A stretch of 64,000 nt of DNA, from the NCBI GenBank assembly GCA_040220235.1, contig JAVJTO010000051.1; one strand, given 5' to 3'. The stretch is from Coleofasciculus sp. B1-GNL1-01 (lineage in GTDB: Bacteria > Cyanobacteriota > Cyanobacteriia > Cyanobacteriales > Coleofasciculaceae). Below the pieces are notes generated by a model. It was not told where the DNA came from. It worked only from the letters and a program-made list of their open reading frames with translations, and searched no databases. This document shows, piece by piece, positions 1 to 9,493 of this stretch (the first letter of the stretch is position 1; every line of letters starts with the position of its first letter). Made by a program: the position numbers and the translations under genes.

Positions 1-250
1 AGTCACCGAACATTATATTGATCCGTTGCATTTTCGCGATACACTAAATAGTTATTTAGGCAGTGCGTTTTCCGTGGAACCGATTCTCACGCAGTCGGCT
101 TGGTTTCGTCCTCATAATCGGAGTGAGGATATTCCGAATCTCTATTTTGTGGGGGCGGGAACGCATCCGGGGGCGGGATTACCGGGGGTGATGAGTTCGG
201 GAAAAATTGCGGCGCGGTTGATTGAAGAAACTTATACGGTGCGGGTTTAA
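1..250 (+). CDS. crtI: Phytoene desaturase (CrtI family), C-terminal part; gene starts upstream of the window
   Basis: Open frame from window start ending ...[44 protein letters not shown], the typical CrtI C-terminal signature. Confidence 0.85.
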   Translation, partial: VTEHYIDPLHFRDTLNSYLGSAFSVEPILTQSAWFRPHNRSEDIPNLYFVGAGTHPGAGLPGVMSSGKIAARLIEETYTVRV

Positions 251-269
251 TCGAGTTTACGATTGGGTT

Positions 270-308
270 GGGCGCACGTCGGTGGGCGCACGTCGGTGCG
301 CCCCTACA
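270..308. repeat. REP-like palindrome with tandem duplication (gggcgcacgtcggt x2, then gcgcccctaca)
   Basis: Near-identical copy at about 53677-53720; ends in the CTAC tetranucleotide typical of REPs. Confidence 0.75.
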
Positions 309-347
309 GCTTCTGGATATAAGCGTCATCCATTAAATCAGGTGTGT

Positions 348-378
348 CGTAGGGTGCGTTAGCGAAGCGTAACGCACC
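348..378. repeat. GTAG-type REP palindrome (gtagggtgcgtta...taacgcacc)
   Basis: Inverted arms ggtgcgtta/taacgcacc; related hairpin ggtgcgttaa...ttaacgcacc at about 4702-4728. Confidence 0.7.
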
Positions 379-991
379 ATTGATAATGCTGATGCAAGAT
401 ATCTTTTTGACAAAGATGATGGCTGTGCGCTCTCTACTAAATTTTAGGCAATCGGTAATTGTTATAATTAGAACTCAAGAAATATTTTTCCCGCCCAATA
501 AGCTTTACATCACGATAAAGCTATCGCCAGAGGTGGCTATTTTGCACGTCTACTCAAATGGGGCGGATGAATATGCGTTATGGGGAGGTAACGCGGTGGC
601 TATGTTGTCACAAACCGAGCCAAAAAAGGCAGAATGTCGGGTGAGCAAGCATGATAAACCTGGAAACGCTTCTATTCTCGTTGGTGGCTCTAGACTCCCC
701 TACGGTAATACCATGGAGGTTTATGTTCAACTCATCAGTCGTGAAGATTTGGGCAATAACCCAATACACTAGAACTATCCCCCAAGCCCCAAAACTGCCA
801 TGTCCAAGTTAGCCTGCTATCGTTGGGTTTCGTTCCTCAACCCAACCTACAAAGGTGACATGCTCCCAAAGTCACCCGCCTCACCTTGGTCGAAGGTTGG
901 TATGATTCAACAGAATATAAAGAGAGCGATCGCGTTCACTGTGATCTGTTCCCCAACCTTGTGCTAACGGCTCAACAGGTGCTAAACGGCA

Positions 992-1198
992 ATGTCATCT
1001 AACAACTTAGACCACTACTATAGAATACTGGGACTCGAACCCGGCGCTTCCCTCGAAGACGTGAACCAAGCCTACAAAGACTTGGCATTTATTTGACACC
1101 CCGATCGCGTCCCCGAGGACAATCAGCGCTTACGCCAGAAAGCCGAAGCCAAACTCAAGGAAATTAACCAAGCGCGAGATGAACTGCGATCGCGCTAA
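992..1198 (+). pseudogene. DnaJ (J-domain) gene relic with an in-frame TGA
   Basis: Manual translation MSSNNLDHYYRILGLEPGASLEDVNQAYKDLAFI*HPDRVPEDNQRLRQKAEAKLKEINQARDELRSR*; TGA at 1094-1096 sits where Trp (TGG) normally precedes HPD. Confidence 0.85.
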
Positions 1199-1407
1199 CC
1201 ACGAATGGCGGTATTATTAGCATCACCAGTGAGGATGCGATCAGGTTTTCCGGTTCGGGTTTAATGCAAACCCATGGCAGAAACATTATTCTCAGAGGAA
1301 GGAAGATTAAGGGGGGTGGGGTTACCCTGAATAGTGGTAACCCCATGGGTGAGGGGGGAGGTATTCATACTAACGCGAATTCGGGTGACTTGGCAATGGT
1401 AATCTGA
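1186..1407 (+). pseudogene. Start-less fragment resembling filamentous-haemagglutinin-type beta-helix repeats
   Basis: Frame starting at HIP1 reads AIALTTNGGIISITSEDAIRFSGSGLMQTHGRNIILRGRKIKGGGVTLNSGNPMGEGGGIHTNANSGDLA, with GGxIxI/GGxVTL motifs. Confidence 0.5.
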
Positions 1408-1580
1408 ATATTGACATAATCACCGCCCTATAAGTGCAGTGATTCCTCACCACGCCACCTTTTTAAGGGTGATCGCTGAATAGGGGTCAAACGGGCAGGC
1501 GCGAGTCATATCAGGGCGGACAAGAGAGGATGATAATAAAACAAATGCTAAAGCACTGACTACAAACAACAATTAACCAA

Positions 1581-2051
1581 ATGCACCATCACCCAACCCC
1601 CTGGTTCCGTCGTCGAGATATTGTCATCGCCTATACATTGCTGCGAATCGTTTTAGGCATAAACTTTTTTAACCACGGCTTTACACGCCTCGGTAATATT
1701 CCCGGCTTTGCCCAGTCGATGGTTGATTTATTTCAAGATACCTTTATTCCCGAACCTTTAGTCAGGGCACCCGCTTTACTGGTGCCAATTGTGGAATTTA
1801 TTGTCGGATTTCTGGTGACACTGGGATTAGCGACTCAAGCGGCGTTAGTCACCGGATTTGGCTTAATGATCGTGCTGATGTATGGGGTGACATTACTGCA
1901 AAACTGGGATACGGCAACAAGTCAATTGATTTATTGTCTGGTGTTTTTTATCTTAATTGCTGGCAATAGTTTTAATGACGTCTCCATTGATGCATGGTGG
2001 CAACGTCGGAAAACGCGATCGCAGCGTCTTGATCCCTCGGAAACGAATTAA
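1581..2051 (+). CDS. DoxX family membrane protein
   Basis: LLRIVLGINFFNHG motif, PIVEFIVG..LGLATQ, four hydrophobic segments, DAWW near the C-terminus. Confidence 0.85.
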   Translation: MHHHPTPWFRRRDIVIAYTLLRIVLGINFFNHGFTRLGNIPGFAQSMVDLFQDTFIPEPLVRAPALLVPIVEFIVGFLVTLGLATQAALVTGFGLMIVLMYGVTLLQNWDTATSQLIYCLVFFILIAGNSFNDVSIDAWWQRRKTRSQRLDPSETN

Positions 2052-2202
2052 GTAGGTGGACACAATTATAGTTAACGGTGGGGAGCGTTCTTTTTCTTAC
2101 TCGCTCCTGAAAGGAAACAAGCTAAGTTCTTCGTTTATGTAAGGGTTCGATGCTTATTTAAACAACTTAACACAGTACCGTTTTCTTTTGTCCAACTACT
2201 TA
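2049..2202. mobile_element. MITE-like element of about 154 bp with terminal inverted repeats bounded by TA
   Basis: Left end taagtaggtggacacaa, right end ttttgtccaactactta; homologous left ends at 34200 and 63835. Confidence 0.7.
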
Positions 2203-4559
2203 TTCCCTGTTCCCTGAAAAAAAGGATTAGTCGGCGAACCCACCCTAAATAGCAGAGTAAAAATATCATCATTTACCACCAAATTATTGCCAAAAGCGTC
2301 GCTGCCATAATCATAATCCTGATTTTGCCAATTCAGCGAAAGGGTTGGACTATTATAGCTTTCCCCCAATTTCCACAACAGACTTGCACCATAGCGCGAA
2401 CGACTAGAATTTTCATCAATGGGCGCAAAATAAGCAGACAAGCGCAGATTATCTAGGGGACGAATTGTGACATCAGCCAGGAGTTGATCGGCGTAGGAAT
2501 TGGGGAAAACATCGCCAAAGTATTTAGTTAACCCCAAAGACATGATTCCCCAGTTTAAACGACCGCTAGCGGTTAAGCTACTGGCGGGGGAAATACTCAC
2601 CACATCGCCAATCTGGGTTTCCCGATCTAGGGCATAATTAAAGCCCGTCGCTAAAATTAAATTCGCCTGTTCACCCAGGGAAATCCGTTTAGAAACACTG
2701 CCCCATAATTGACTATAATAGTCGCGATCGGGGTTAAAATAACCAACACCGCCAGCCCTAAACTTCCAACCGTTATTCGTGTTGCGGGTATAATCAGCGC
2801 CGAGATACCCCTTCACTTCTTCGGCGGCAATAATCCCGGCATAATAGCGAATTACATCCTGAGTTCCGCTAAAGTTTCCGGTGAAGCTAAAGTGAGGATA
2901 ATACTGGGTTTCTTCCTGATAAATACTCTCACTAATGTAGTTAACATCGGTGTTGAAAAAGTCTAAATAAATTTGGGTATAAAAATCTTGTAAATTAGCC
3001 GTGGAGAAGATATCATGGTTAACGGCAGAAACCAGTTCAATATCAGTATCAGCCCCCCCCTCTGCACCAGCACGGGCGATTGAGCGCGGCGCACTGGTGG
3101 CTTGATAAAAGAGTTCACCTGTGGAAAACGTGCGATCAATAACTGGAGAAAGACCGAGCCAAATACTATTATAATTAGCCGTAGGAATTTGACTCAGCTC
3201 AGTGATGTCAGGGGTTAAGCTTTCAGCGCGTCCAATTCCGGCGGAATAGATAGTAAAACTACTGGCTGGTAAGCGAGTATTATTGGCGGCGAGGAATAAG
3301 TTACGATTAATATTTCTATTCGCGGGATTGGTACTACCGTCTAAATCGGGAATGACATCGGGTAAAACCTGAGCGCCGAGTTGCAGTGTGGTATTTACTA
3401 GGCGGTTATCGTCGAAGGAAAACATCGTAATGCCGCGAATTGTCCGCCCTAAAACGGCTTCGGTGTCATTGGCTTTAACAATTTGTCGGACTTGGGAAAA
3501 GGTTCCGGTTATCGTGTAATCAATGTCTTCTTCTCTGTCTATTTCTGTTGCGTCACCGTTGTTATTGCGGGGAAATGTCCCTAAATTGGGGAAATAAAGG
3601 TCTAAGCCAATGTCTTGACCATTCGCACCCCGTTGAAAGCCGGGTAATTGCATCACCGCCAAAGATTCTGGCGTGACAACCTCGCCAACTTGAGAGGTTT
3701 GAAAGACGCGAGTGGGAACAAAAAATTGGGGATCAATACTATCACGATCAATGACTAAACCGGGAGTATAGGTACATTGTTCACCACCGGGAGAATTGGG
3801 TAGAATACAAGCCCCGGTTAAACTCATTTGTAATTCTAACCCGGTCATGGTTTGGGGTTCGGTGGTTGTAGTGGTAACGGTGCGTTGGCGGGGAACAGTA
3901 CGCAGTTGGAAATACCTACCTTTTTGGTCTACGGTATAAATATTGGTTCGACTTAAGCTTTCGACAACTTGACTGTCAAGTTTGATTGTGGTATTAAATG
4001 TAAAGTCGCTTTCTTGGGTGTCAGCAAAGGTTTTTCCAGCACTAAATTCCCAGTCAGTGAGGTGAGTAATTGGCGTGTCATTTAGGGGGATAGTGGTGGT
4101 TGAAGGATTGATTTGTTCCTGGGGAGCAATTCGCGGTGGACTAATATAATCGGGGTCAGAGGTGGGAGTGGGTTCTGTTTCTTGAGGGTTAGAAGAAGGG
4201 AGGGGGGAAGTATTAGGTTCTCTTTCTAAAGGTAGATGGGTGGGCGTCGGTTCAGGGGTTAAATTAGGTGAAGTGATTTTGAGATCGGCAGCATTAGTAG
4301 ACCAGTCGAGTCTTTCAGGTAAGCTGGGTTCTTCGGGCGTGACAGAAATAGTCGGAGTTGGCGAAGTTGGCGTATTAGGCTCAGAATGATTGGCAAGATG
4401 ATCTGAGTGGGGATGGGAAAGAGTCGGTGTTAGTGCTGAGGTTGAGTAAGGCAGACTAACGACCGATAAACTAACGATAAGAGTGCTATTGAGTGCGGTT
4501 TTCAGGTTTTGAGAAGGGAAGGTGTTTGGGGAGGGAAAGACAATCATGACAAGGAGCAA
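2196..4559 (-). CDS. Large exported protein with Pro/Thr-rich N-terminal linker and probable outer-membrane beta-barrel C-terminus
   Basis: 787-aa ORF; hydrophobic stretch ending STSA, PT-rich linker, aromatic-rich alternating strands in the C-terminal half; start uncertain (ATG at 4547 is an alternative). Confidence 0.65.
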   Translation of the reverse strand: MLLVMIVFPSPNTFPSQNLKTALNSTLIVSLSVVSLPYSTSALTPTLSHPHSDHLANHSEPNTPTSPTPTISVTPEEPSLPERLDWSTNAADLKITSPNLTPEPTPTHLPLEREPNTSPLPSSNPQETEPTPTSDPDYISPPRIAPQEQINPSTTTIPLNDTPITHLTDWEFSAGKTFADTQESDFTFNTTIKLDSQVVESLSRTNIYTVDQKGRYFQLRTVPRQRTVTTTTTEPQTMTGLELQMSLTGACILPNSPGGEQCTYTPGLVIDRDSIDPQFFVPTRVFQTSQVGEVVTPESLAVMQLPGFQRGANGQDIGLDLYFPNLGTFPRNNNGDATEIDREEDIDYTITGTFSQVRQIVKANDTEAVLGRTIRGITMFSFDDNRLVNTTLQLGAQVLPDVIPDLDGSTNPANRNINRNLFLAANNTRLPASSFTIYSAGIGRAESLTPDITELSQIPTANYNSIWLGLSPVIDRTFSTGELFYQATSAPRSIARAGAEGGADTDIELVSAVNHDIFSTANLQDFYTQIYLDFFNTDVNYISESIYQEETQYYPHFSFTGNFSGTQDVIRYYAGIIAAEEVKGYLGADYTRNTNNGWKFRAGGVGYFNPDRDYYSQLWGSVSKRISLGEQANLILATGFNYALDRETQIGDVVSISPASSLTASGRLNWGIMSLGLTKYFGDVFPNSYADQLLADVTIRPLDNLRLSAYFAPIDENSSRSRYGASLLWKLGESYNSPTLSLNWQNQDYDYGSDAFGNNLVVNDDIFTLLFRVGSPTNPFFQGTGNK

Positions 4560-4766
4560 AATCAGGGTGGAAGCAATGAGGTGTTGGAGATGAAAATCCC
4601 TGGTTTTCTGCGTTGAGTTGGGGTAGGAATTGGGGGTAGATGGTTTAATCGAGAGGCGGATTGAGTTGTGGGGGTGAAGACAGCGATAAAGGAAAGGAAA
4701 TTGGTGCGTTAATGGGGGTTAACGCACCTGGGAAGTTGAGAGTTGGTTAAAGGAGAAGCTAGACTG

Positions 4767-7214
4767 TTAAGCGATAGTGAAATCAGCTTCGGTAATCAGT
4801 GTCGCATCAGTTCTAAACAACGTGACTAAGGTTTCTCCCGTGTCAGCGAAGTTAATCTGAGTCCGACTGCCACGTTCGACAATATCTAGCTGTCCGAAAC
4901 TGAGACCACCGTCTAATTGAAGCAAGTCTACGCCATCTTCAAAGTCGTAGATGGTATCTGTACCCATTCCTGATGCTAGGACAAAGGTATCGCGTCCAGC
5001 ACCACCATAGAGGCGATCGCGACCTGCACCACCATTGAGGAGGTCGTCGCCTGCACCACCTTTGATGAGGTCGTTACCCATATCGCCAAGAAGGATATCG
5101 TTACCATTATCACCGTAGAGGCGATCGCGACCTGCACCACCATTGATGAGGTCATCGCCTGCACCACCATAAAGGATGTCGTTACCAGCATCACCGTTGA
5201 TGGTATCGTTTCCGGCATTACCGTAGAGGCGATCATTCCCAGCTAAACCGTTGATTTGATCTACACTGGCAGTACCCCGCAGCAAATCTCGGTTGGGTGT
5301 ACCGTACATTGTCTCGTCGATGTCATTAACATTGATAGTTAACGTCTCTTCGTAACTCTCTCCACCTTGGTCGGTAGTGCGAACACGGACGCTGTAGCTA
5401 CCTTTGGTTTCAAAGTCGGGGGAAGCATTGATTTGCAGTTGATCGCCGTCAAGGGTGAAGGCAGCGTTATCTGTATCACCTTCTCCTTCTACCAAGGTAT
5501 AAGTAAAGGTATCGCCTGTATCGGGGTCAGTGCTGCTGAAAGTGCCAACGACGGTGTTAGCGGCAACATTTTCATCAATGCTGTTGTTGCTCAGACCCAG
5601 AGCAGTGGGGGCTTCGTTGACATCATTGATCCTAATGGTCAAGTCTTTCTCAAAAGTACCACCTTTACCATCATCAGTTTGGACGCGGATGCTGTAGCTA
5701 TCTTTGGTTTCAAAGTCGGGGGAAGCTTTGATTTGCAGTTGATCGCCGTCAATAGTGAAGGCGTCGTTATCCCCGTAGCCTTCTATCAAAGTGTAAGTAA
5801 AAGTATCGTCTGTATCGGGGTCAATGGTGCTGAAAGTACCAACTGTGGTGTTAGAGGCAACGTTTTCATCAATGGTGTTATCACTGAGGCTGAGATCAGT
5901 GGGAGCGCTATTGGTGGGAGCGGCACTAATTTTGATCGCTTTACTATTTCCTAAGAGGGGATTACTACTATCGTTGTATGATACTAACAATGGATCGGGA
6001 TTATCATCGGCGTTTTTAATGCCGACTGTCGCACTAGCCCCACTGTTTTGATAATTATCACTATCCAAATTGATGTAGTTGAAAGTAATATTCCCTGCAT
6101 TTGTACCTGTATTTAACTGTAGAATGCTCTGGAAGTTTATGCTGCTGGGACTTGGTATCTCTTCATAGTAGAAGTCCAACTTAGGATAAGCATTGTAGTA
6201 GTCTTGCTCATTGTAGTAGTACGTTTCATTGTAGTAGTACGGTTCATTGTAGTAGTATGGTTCATTGTGGTACAGAAAGCTAAAGTGATGTTCATCTAGT
6301 CCGTAGACTTGATTCCACTCAATTACCAGTTGGTCGTTAGTGCCGTCGTTGTTGAGATCTTGGAATTGATAGAGAACTTGGTCATTTGTATTTACATAAG
6401 TTATCCAGTTATCCCACAAGGGGGCGATCGCTGCTTGACTGGGAGTAGAAGTGAACTCTGTGTTCCCAGAGTTGGAGTTACCACTACCAAAAGTAATCAG
6501 ACCATTATCACTGATATACAACGAAGAGTAGTTGGTGCCATAAAAGTTGAAAGTGTTGCTCCCTAAGCTGATTTCAGTAAAACTATTATCAGCGTTAGTC
6601 AGAATGGAGGTAACTCCAGTAGTATCGGGAATAAGATCGATTGCTTGGTATGTTATGTCTGTAGCCTTGTAGCCAAAGGCGTTGGCTAATACATAGTAAT
6701 AGTTCACCATTACCTTGGGTTGCAGCGCTAACTCTGGCTGCGTTTGGGCTGTCGTTACTTCTAACTCCCAGTTTCCACCTTTAGCAGCACTACCCGTCAG
6801 CGTCTTAGACGCCGCAATTTGTGCCCCAGTCAGAGTCTGCAACTTAGTAATAAATTCGGCACCCGCATCGCCAGCCGCAACGTTACAACCATAGAGAAGA
6901 AGATTATCAACATCCCACTGTTGCAGTTGCGTCGCATAACGGTTGAAAGTATCTAAACTCAGTTGGCTATCCCCCAAATACAAACAACCAGGCGCACCGT
7001 GGGAAACAATATGTACTTCGTCAACATCCTGACGCTGTTGTAAAACCTGGCTAATTTGCACAATGCCATCAGCCGCTCTATCTAAGACAAATACTTCAGC
7101 GCTGGGAATAACCCCATCAACTAATTGCTGGTAATTATCAACACCAGCATCAATAAAAACAAGCGTAGCGACTTGATTGGAAGGCGTTAGGGTGGAATGT
7201 ACGGTTGATTTCAT
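4767..7214 (-). CDS. DUF4347 / nidogen-like / 2x cadherin / RTX Ca-binding secreted adhesin
   Basis: LVFIDAGV..HIVSHGAPG..LLYGCNVAAG..GGNWELE (DUF4347); ISDNGLITF..IAPLWD (nidogen-like); NSAPTDLSLS..DFETKDSYSIRV twice (cadherin); GGAGDD/GNAGND nonapeptides (RTX). Confidence 0.9.
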   Translation of the reverse strand: MKSTVHSTLTPSNQVATLVFIDAGVDNYQQLVDGVIPSAEVFVLDRAADGIVQISQVLQQRQDVDEVHIVSHGAPGCLYLGDSQLSLDTFNRYATQLQQWDVDNLLLYGCNVAAGDAGAEFITKLQTLTGAQIAASKTLTGSAAKGGNWELEVTTAQTQPELALQPKVMVNYYYVLANAFGYKATDITYQAIDLIPDTTGVTSILTNADNSFTEISLGSNTFNFYGTNYSSLYISDNGLITFGSGNSNSGNTEFTSTPSQAAIAPLWDNWITYVNTNDQVLYQFQDLNNDGTNDQLVIEWNQVYGLDEHHFSFLYHNEPYYYNEPYYYNETYYYNEQDYYNAYPKLDFYYEEIPSPSSINFQSILQLNTGTNAGNITFNYINLDSDNYQNSGASATVGIKNADDNPDPLLVSYNDSSNPLLGNSKAIKISAAPTNSAPTDLSLSDNTIDENVASNTTVGTFSTIDPDTDDTFTYTLIEGYGDNDAFTIDGDQLQIKASPDFETKDSYSIRVQTDDGKGGTFEKDLTIRINDVNEAPTALGLSNNSIDENVAANTVVGTFSSTDPDTGDTFTYTLVEGEGDTDNAAFTLDGDQLQINASPDFETKGSYSVRVRTTDQGGESYEETLTINVNDIDETMYGTPNRDLLRGTASVDQINGLAGNDRLYGNAGNDTINGDAGNDILYGGAGDDLINGGAGRDRLYGDNGNDILLGDMGNDLIKGGAGDDLLNGGAGRDRLYGGAGRDTFVLASGMGTDTIYDFEDGVDLLQLDGGLSFGQLDIVERGSRTQINFADTGETLVTLFRTDATLITEADFTIA
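6191..6272 (-). repeat. In-frame 18-bp tandem repeat encoding (YYYNEP)-like units
   Basis: cattgtagtagt.. unit repeated about 5 times; protein reads YHNEP YYYNEP YYYNET YYYNEQ DYYNA. Confidence 0.9.
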
Positions 7215-7266
7215 CTTCAGGGTTTCCGTTTGATACTTGAATTGTGGACAAAAAATTCCCCCTTCC

Positions 7267-7314
7267 TGAGGATCTCGCCTTAACTCTGTAGGAAGAAAGT
7301 CGGTGAGATCCTCA
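7267..7314 (-). other. Intergenic stem-loop between the small secreted protein gene and the adhesin gene
   Basis: tgaggatctcgcc ... ggtgagatcctca, 13-bp arms with one mismatch. Confidence 0.55.
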
Positions 7315-7387
7315 AGTAATGTCTGAGAGGGAATAAAATTAATTAACTGGCTTGGGTTGACTGATTAGTTAACAACTTGCAGCAGTT

Positions 7388-7828
7388 CTACAGATCGGTA
7401 TTAGTATTAGTCTCAACAGGAGCTGTAACTACCGATTCACCACTTGCAGTGCCAATTTCGATGCTGAACCCTTCAGTGAAGCTATTTCTTTGCAGCTCTC
7501 CAAGTGCAGGATCTTCACCTCCTGTGAGGGAAGCCATAGACGGATCACCAATTGCGTCAGCAGAAATTACGCCAGCACTACCTAAAGAGAATGCTGAGTT
7601 TTGTACGTCTGGTGTTCCCCCCCCGGCGTAGTTAAACGCAGCTGCAGCAGCATCTTGTTTACCAACAGCAGCGGAGACAGCCACGCCAGTCACATTACCT
7701 CCATCCACAGTGAAAGCCGCAGCACCCGCGACACCCCCTTCACCCGCACGAGCGATAGAGGTGAAACCAACAAGACTAACAGCAGTAGCAGCAAGAGCAA
7801 CGGAAGCTTTAACAGTTTGGAATTTCAT
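7388..7828 (-). CDS. Small secreted Gly/Ala-rich protein (146 aa from MKFQTVK)
   Basis: Sec signal peptide ending IARA, then GEGGVAGAAAFTVDGGNVTGVAVSAAVGKQDAAAAAF; the upstream 73-aa extension in the ORF track looks non-coding. Confidence 0.75.
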   Translation of the reverse strand: MKFQTVKASVALAATAVSLVGFTSIARAGEGGVAGAAAFTVDGGNVTGVAVSAAVGKQDAAAAAFNYAGGGTPDVQNSAFSLGSAGVISADAIGDPSMASLTGGEDPALGELQRNSFTEGFSIEIGTASGESVVTAPVETNTNTDL

Positions 7829-8148
7829 GGGATATTTTCTCTCAAAAAACAAGGACAACAGTTGATGAAATACAGAACTCATAGTTTGCCAACGCCTTAT
7901 TAATGGAGTGAGAAACTCATGGCGTTCTGTATGTGATAGATCCCCCGGTGACCAAGCTAGAAAACAGGAACAGCATTCAGGAGTAAGCAAACCTCTAGTT
8001 TTCAAACCACCCGAAACAATAGCTAATCGTTTTAGGGAGGTTATCACTCCTGAGCGTCAATCTAACTCTTGATTGATTCAGAAGTTGGCTTCACCGTCTG
8101 GCTTTCTGCCTTCTTGTCTCTATCATTACCTGTCTTTTTGTAAATGTC

Positions 8149-8183
8149 AGTCGGAAAAGTCCGGATTTTAAGTCAGAAAAGTC
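8149..8183. promoter_or_regulatory. Direct repeat AGTC(G/A)GAAAAGTC with 22-bp period in a divergent promoter region
   Basis: agtcggaaaagtc at 8149-8161 and agtcagaaaagtc at 8171-8183, about 50 bp upstream of the HTH-REC gene. Confidence 0.45.
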
Positions 8184-8235
8184 GAATGATAGATTAAAGC
8201 AATATTGTTGAATCGATACCAGTTGTGCAAAACGA

Positions 8236-9396
8236 ATGAATTGTGAAGACGCGATAAAATTTGTAGTCGCAATAGTTAAATCCAAAACAGGTAAAACCCT
8301 GACACCGCTACAACAAGATATCCTCAAAGCATCTTGGCTTAACCAGAAGTACAGCGCAATTGCTGAAAGATTCTACTTAAGTGAAGGTGCTGTCAAGGAT
8401 GCAGCATATCGTTTATGGAAACTTCTATCAGAACTTTTCGGCGATAAAATTACGAAAACCAATTTTAAGAAAATTATTGAGACCCAAGGTTTATCCTCTG
8501 CGAATATTCTTCAAGAAAACAGTGCTAATGTCAAAGAACAGCCCACGCAAGCCACTATATTAATCGTTGATGATTTTATCGATAACCTCAACGTTTTATC
8601 GGTTTTATTAAAGAAAAAATGCTATGGGGTTCACACAGTTACCAACGGCAGAACGGCATTGAACCTAGCCCGCACGAATCCCCCCGATCTAATTTTGTTG
8701 GATATCAAGATGCCGGAAATGAATGGGTATGAAGTGTGTGAGACTCTCAAACTTGATGAAGCCACCTGCGACATTCCCGTGATTTTCTTAAGTGCGTCCG
8801 ATGAGCTCTTTGATAAAGCTAAAGCCTTCAAAGTTGGCGGAGTTGACTATCTAACTAAACCTTTTGATGTCTCAGAAGTAATTATCCGCCTCGAAAATCA
8901 ACTATCAATTAAACGAGAAAAAGCTTTCTTGCAAGAGAAAATTAAACAAGGTCAACAAGCCGAGGAAGTTCTCCACCAATCCCGCGCATTGCTTACCAGT
9001 GTATTGAATTCTTGTCAAGAAGGTATTGCGGCAATGCAAGCAGTTCGGGAATCGACAACCGGAGAAATTGTAGATTTTCAATGTGTGGTTGTCAATAGGG
9101 TGATGGCTCAATTCCTCGGTGGCAAAAAAGAATATCGGACAAGCAAATTTAGCTTCAAAAAATTCCTTGACCAATATGACCCGTCTCTGTTTGATGACTT
9201 TGTGCGGGTGGTGGAAACCGGAGAGCCAATGGACTGCGATTTTTGTTATGAGCCAGACAATACTCAAACTTGGCATCGCGTTAGCGCCCTAAGATTAGGG
9301 GATGGTTTTTCAATGACACTCTATGATATTACTCAAATAACTGGGCGTTTGACAAGCCGTAAAGGGATAGATTATTTCGTTGAAATCCTGGATTAA
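8236..9396 (+). CDS. Response regulator: N-terminal HTH (vWA-MoxR-associated type), REC domain and PAS-like C-terminus
   Basis: LTPLQQDIL..SW..KYSAIA..LWKLLSELFGDKITKTN (HTH); ILIVDD..DLILLDIKMP..DYLTKPF (REC); IVDFQCVVVN..GDGFSMTLYDIT (PAS-like). Confidence 0.85.
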   Translation: MNCEDAIKFVVAIVKSKTGKTLTPLQQDILKASWLNQKYSAIAERFYLSEGAVKDAAYRLWKLLSELFGDKITKTNFKKIIETQGLSSANILQENSANVKEQPTQATILIVDDFIDNLNVLSVLLKKKCYGVHTVTNGRTALNLARTNPPDLILLDIKMPEMNGYEVCETLKLDEATCDIPVIFLSASDELFDKAKAFKVGGVDYLTKPFDVSEVIIRLENQLSIKREKAFLQEKIKQGQQAEEVLHQSRALLTSVLNSCQEGIAAMQAVRESTTGEIVDFQCVVVNRVMAQFLGGKKEYRTSKFSFKKFLDQYDPSLFDDFVRVVETGEPMDCDFCYEPDNTQTWHRVSALRLGDGFSMTLYDITQITGRLTSRKGIDYFVEILD

Positions 9397-9430
9397 AGAA
9401 CAAAATAATTTGATTTTTGATAAGAAAAAA

Positions 9431-9493
9431 AGGGGCGGGTTTAGTTAAGTTATCAGTTTGTGCCACAACATTCTTAGTAAAACCCGCCCCTAC
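9431..9493. repeat. REPIN-like inverted repeat ggggcgggttt...aaacccgcccc with variable spacer
   Basis: Related arms at about 11717-11780, 14686-14748 and 51571-51633, each with a different spacer. Confidence 0.75.

Noticed and set aside
380..772. 130-aa ORF
   Set aside because: TTG start next to a REP, no recognisable motif or RBS; not supportable
1094..1096. TGA as recoded Trp or selenocysteine
   Set aside because: Other genes here use TGA as stop and the gene is also truncated; simple nonsense mutation or sequencing error is more likely
4976..6566. Several alternative-frame and antisense ORFs within the adhesin gene
   Set aside because: Shadow ORFs produced by repetitive RTX/cadherin codon patterns
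7829..8047. N-terminal extension of the 219-aa ORF
   Set aside because: A signal peptide begins at MKFQ (7828); the extension looks like 5' UTR
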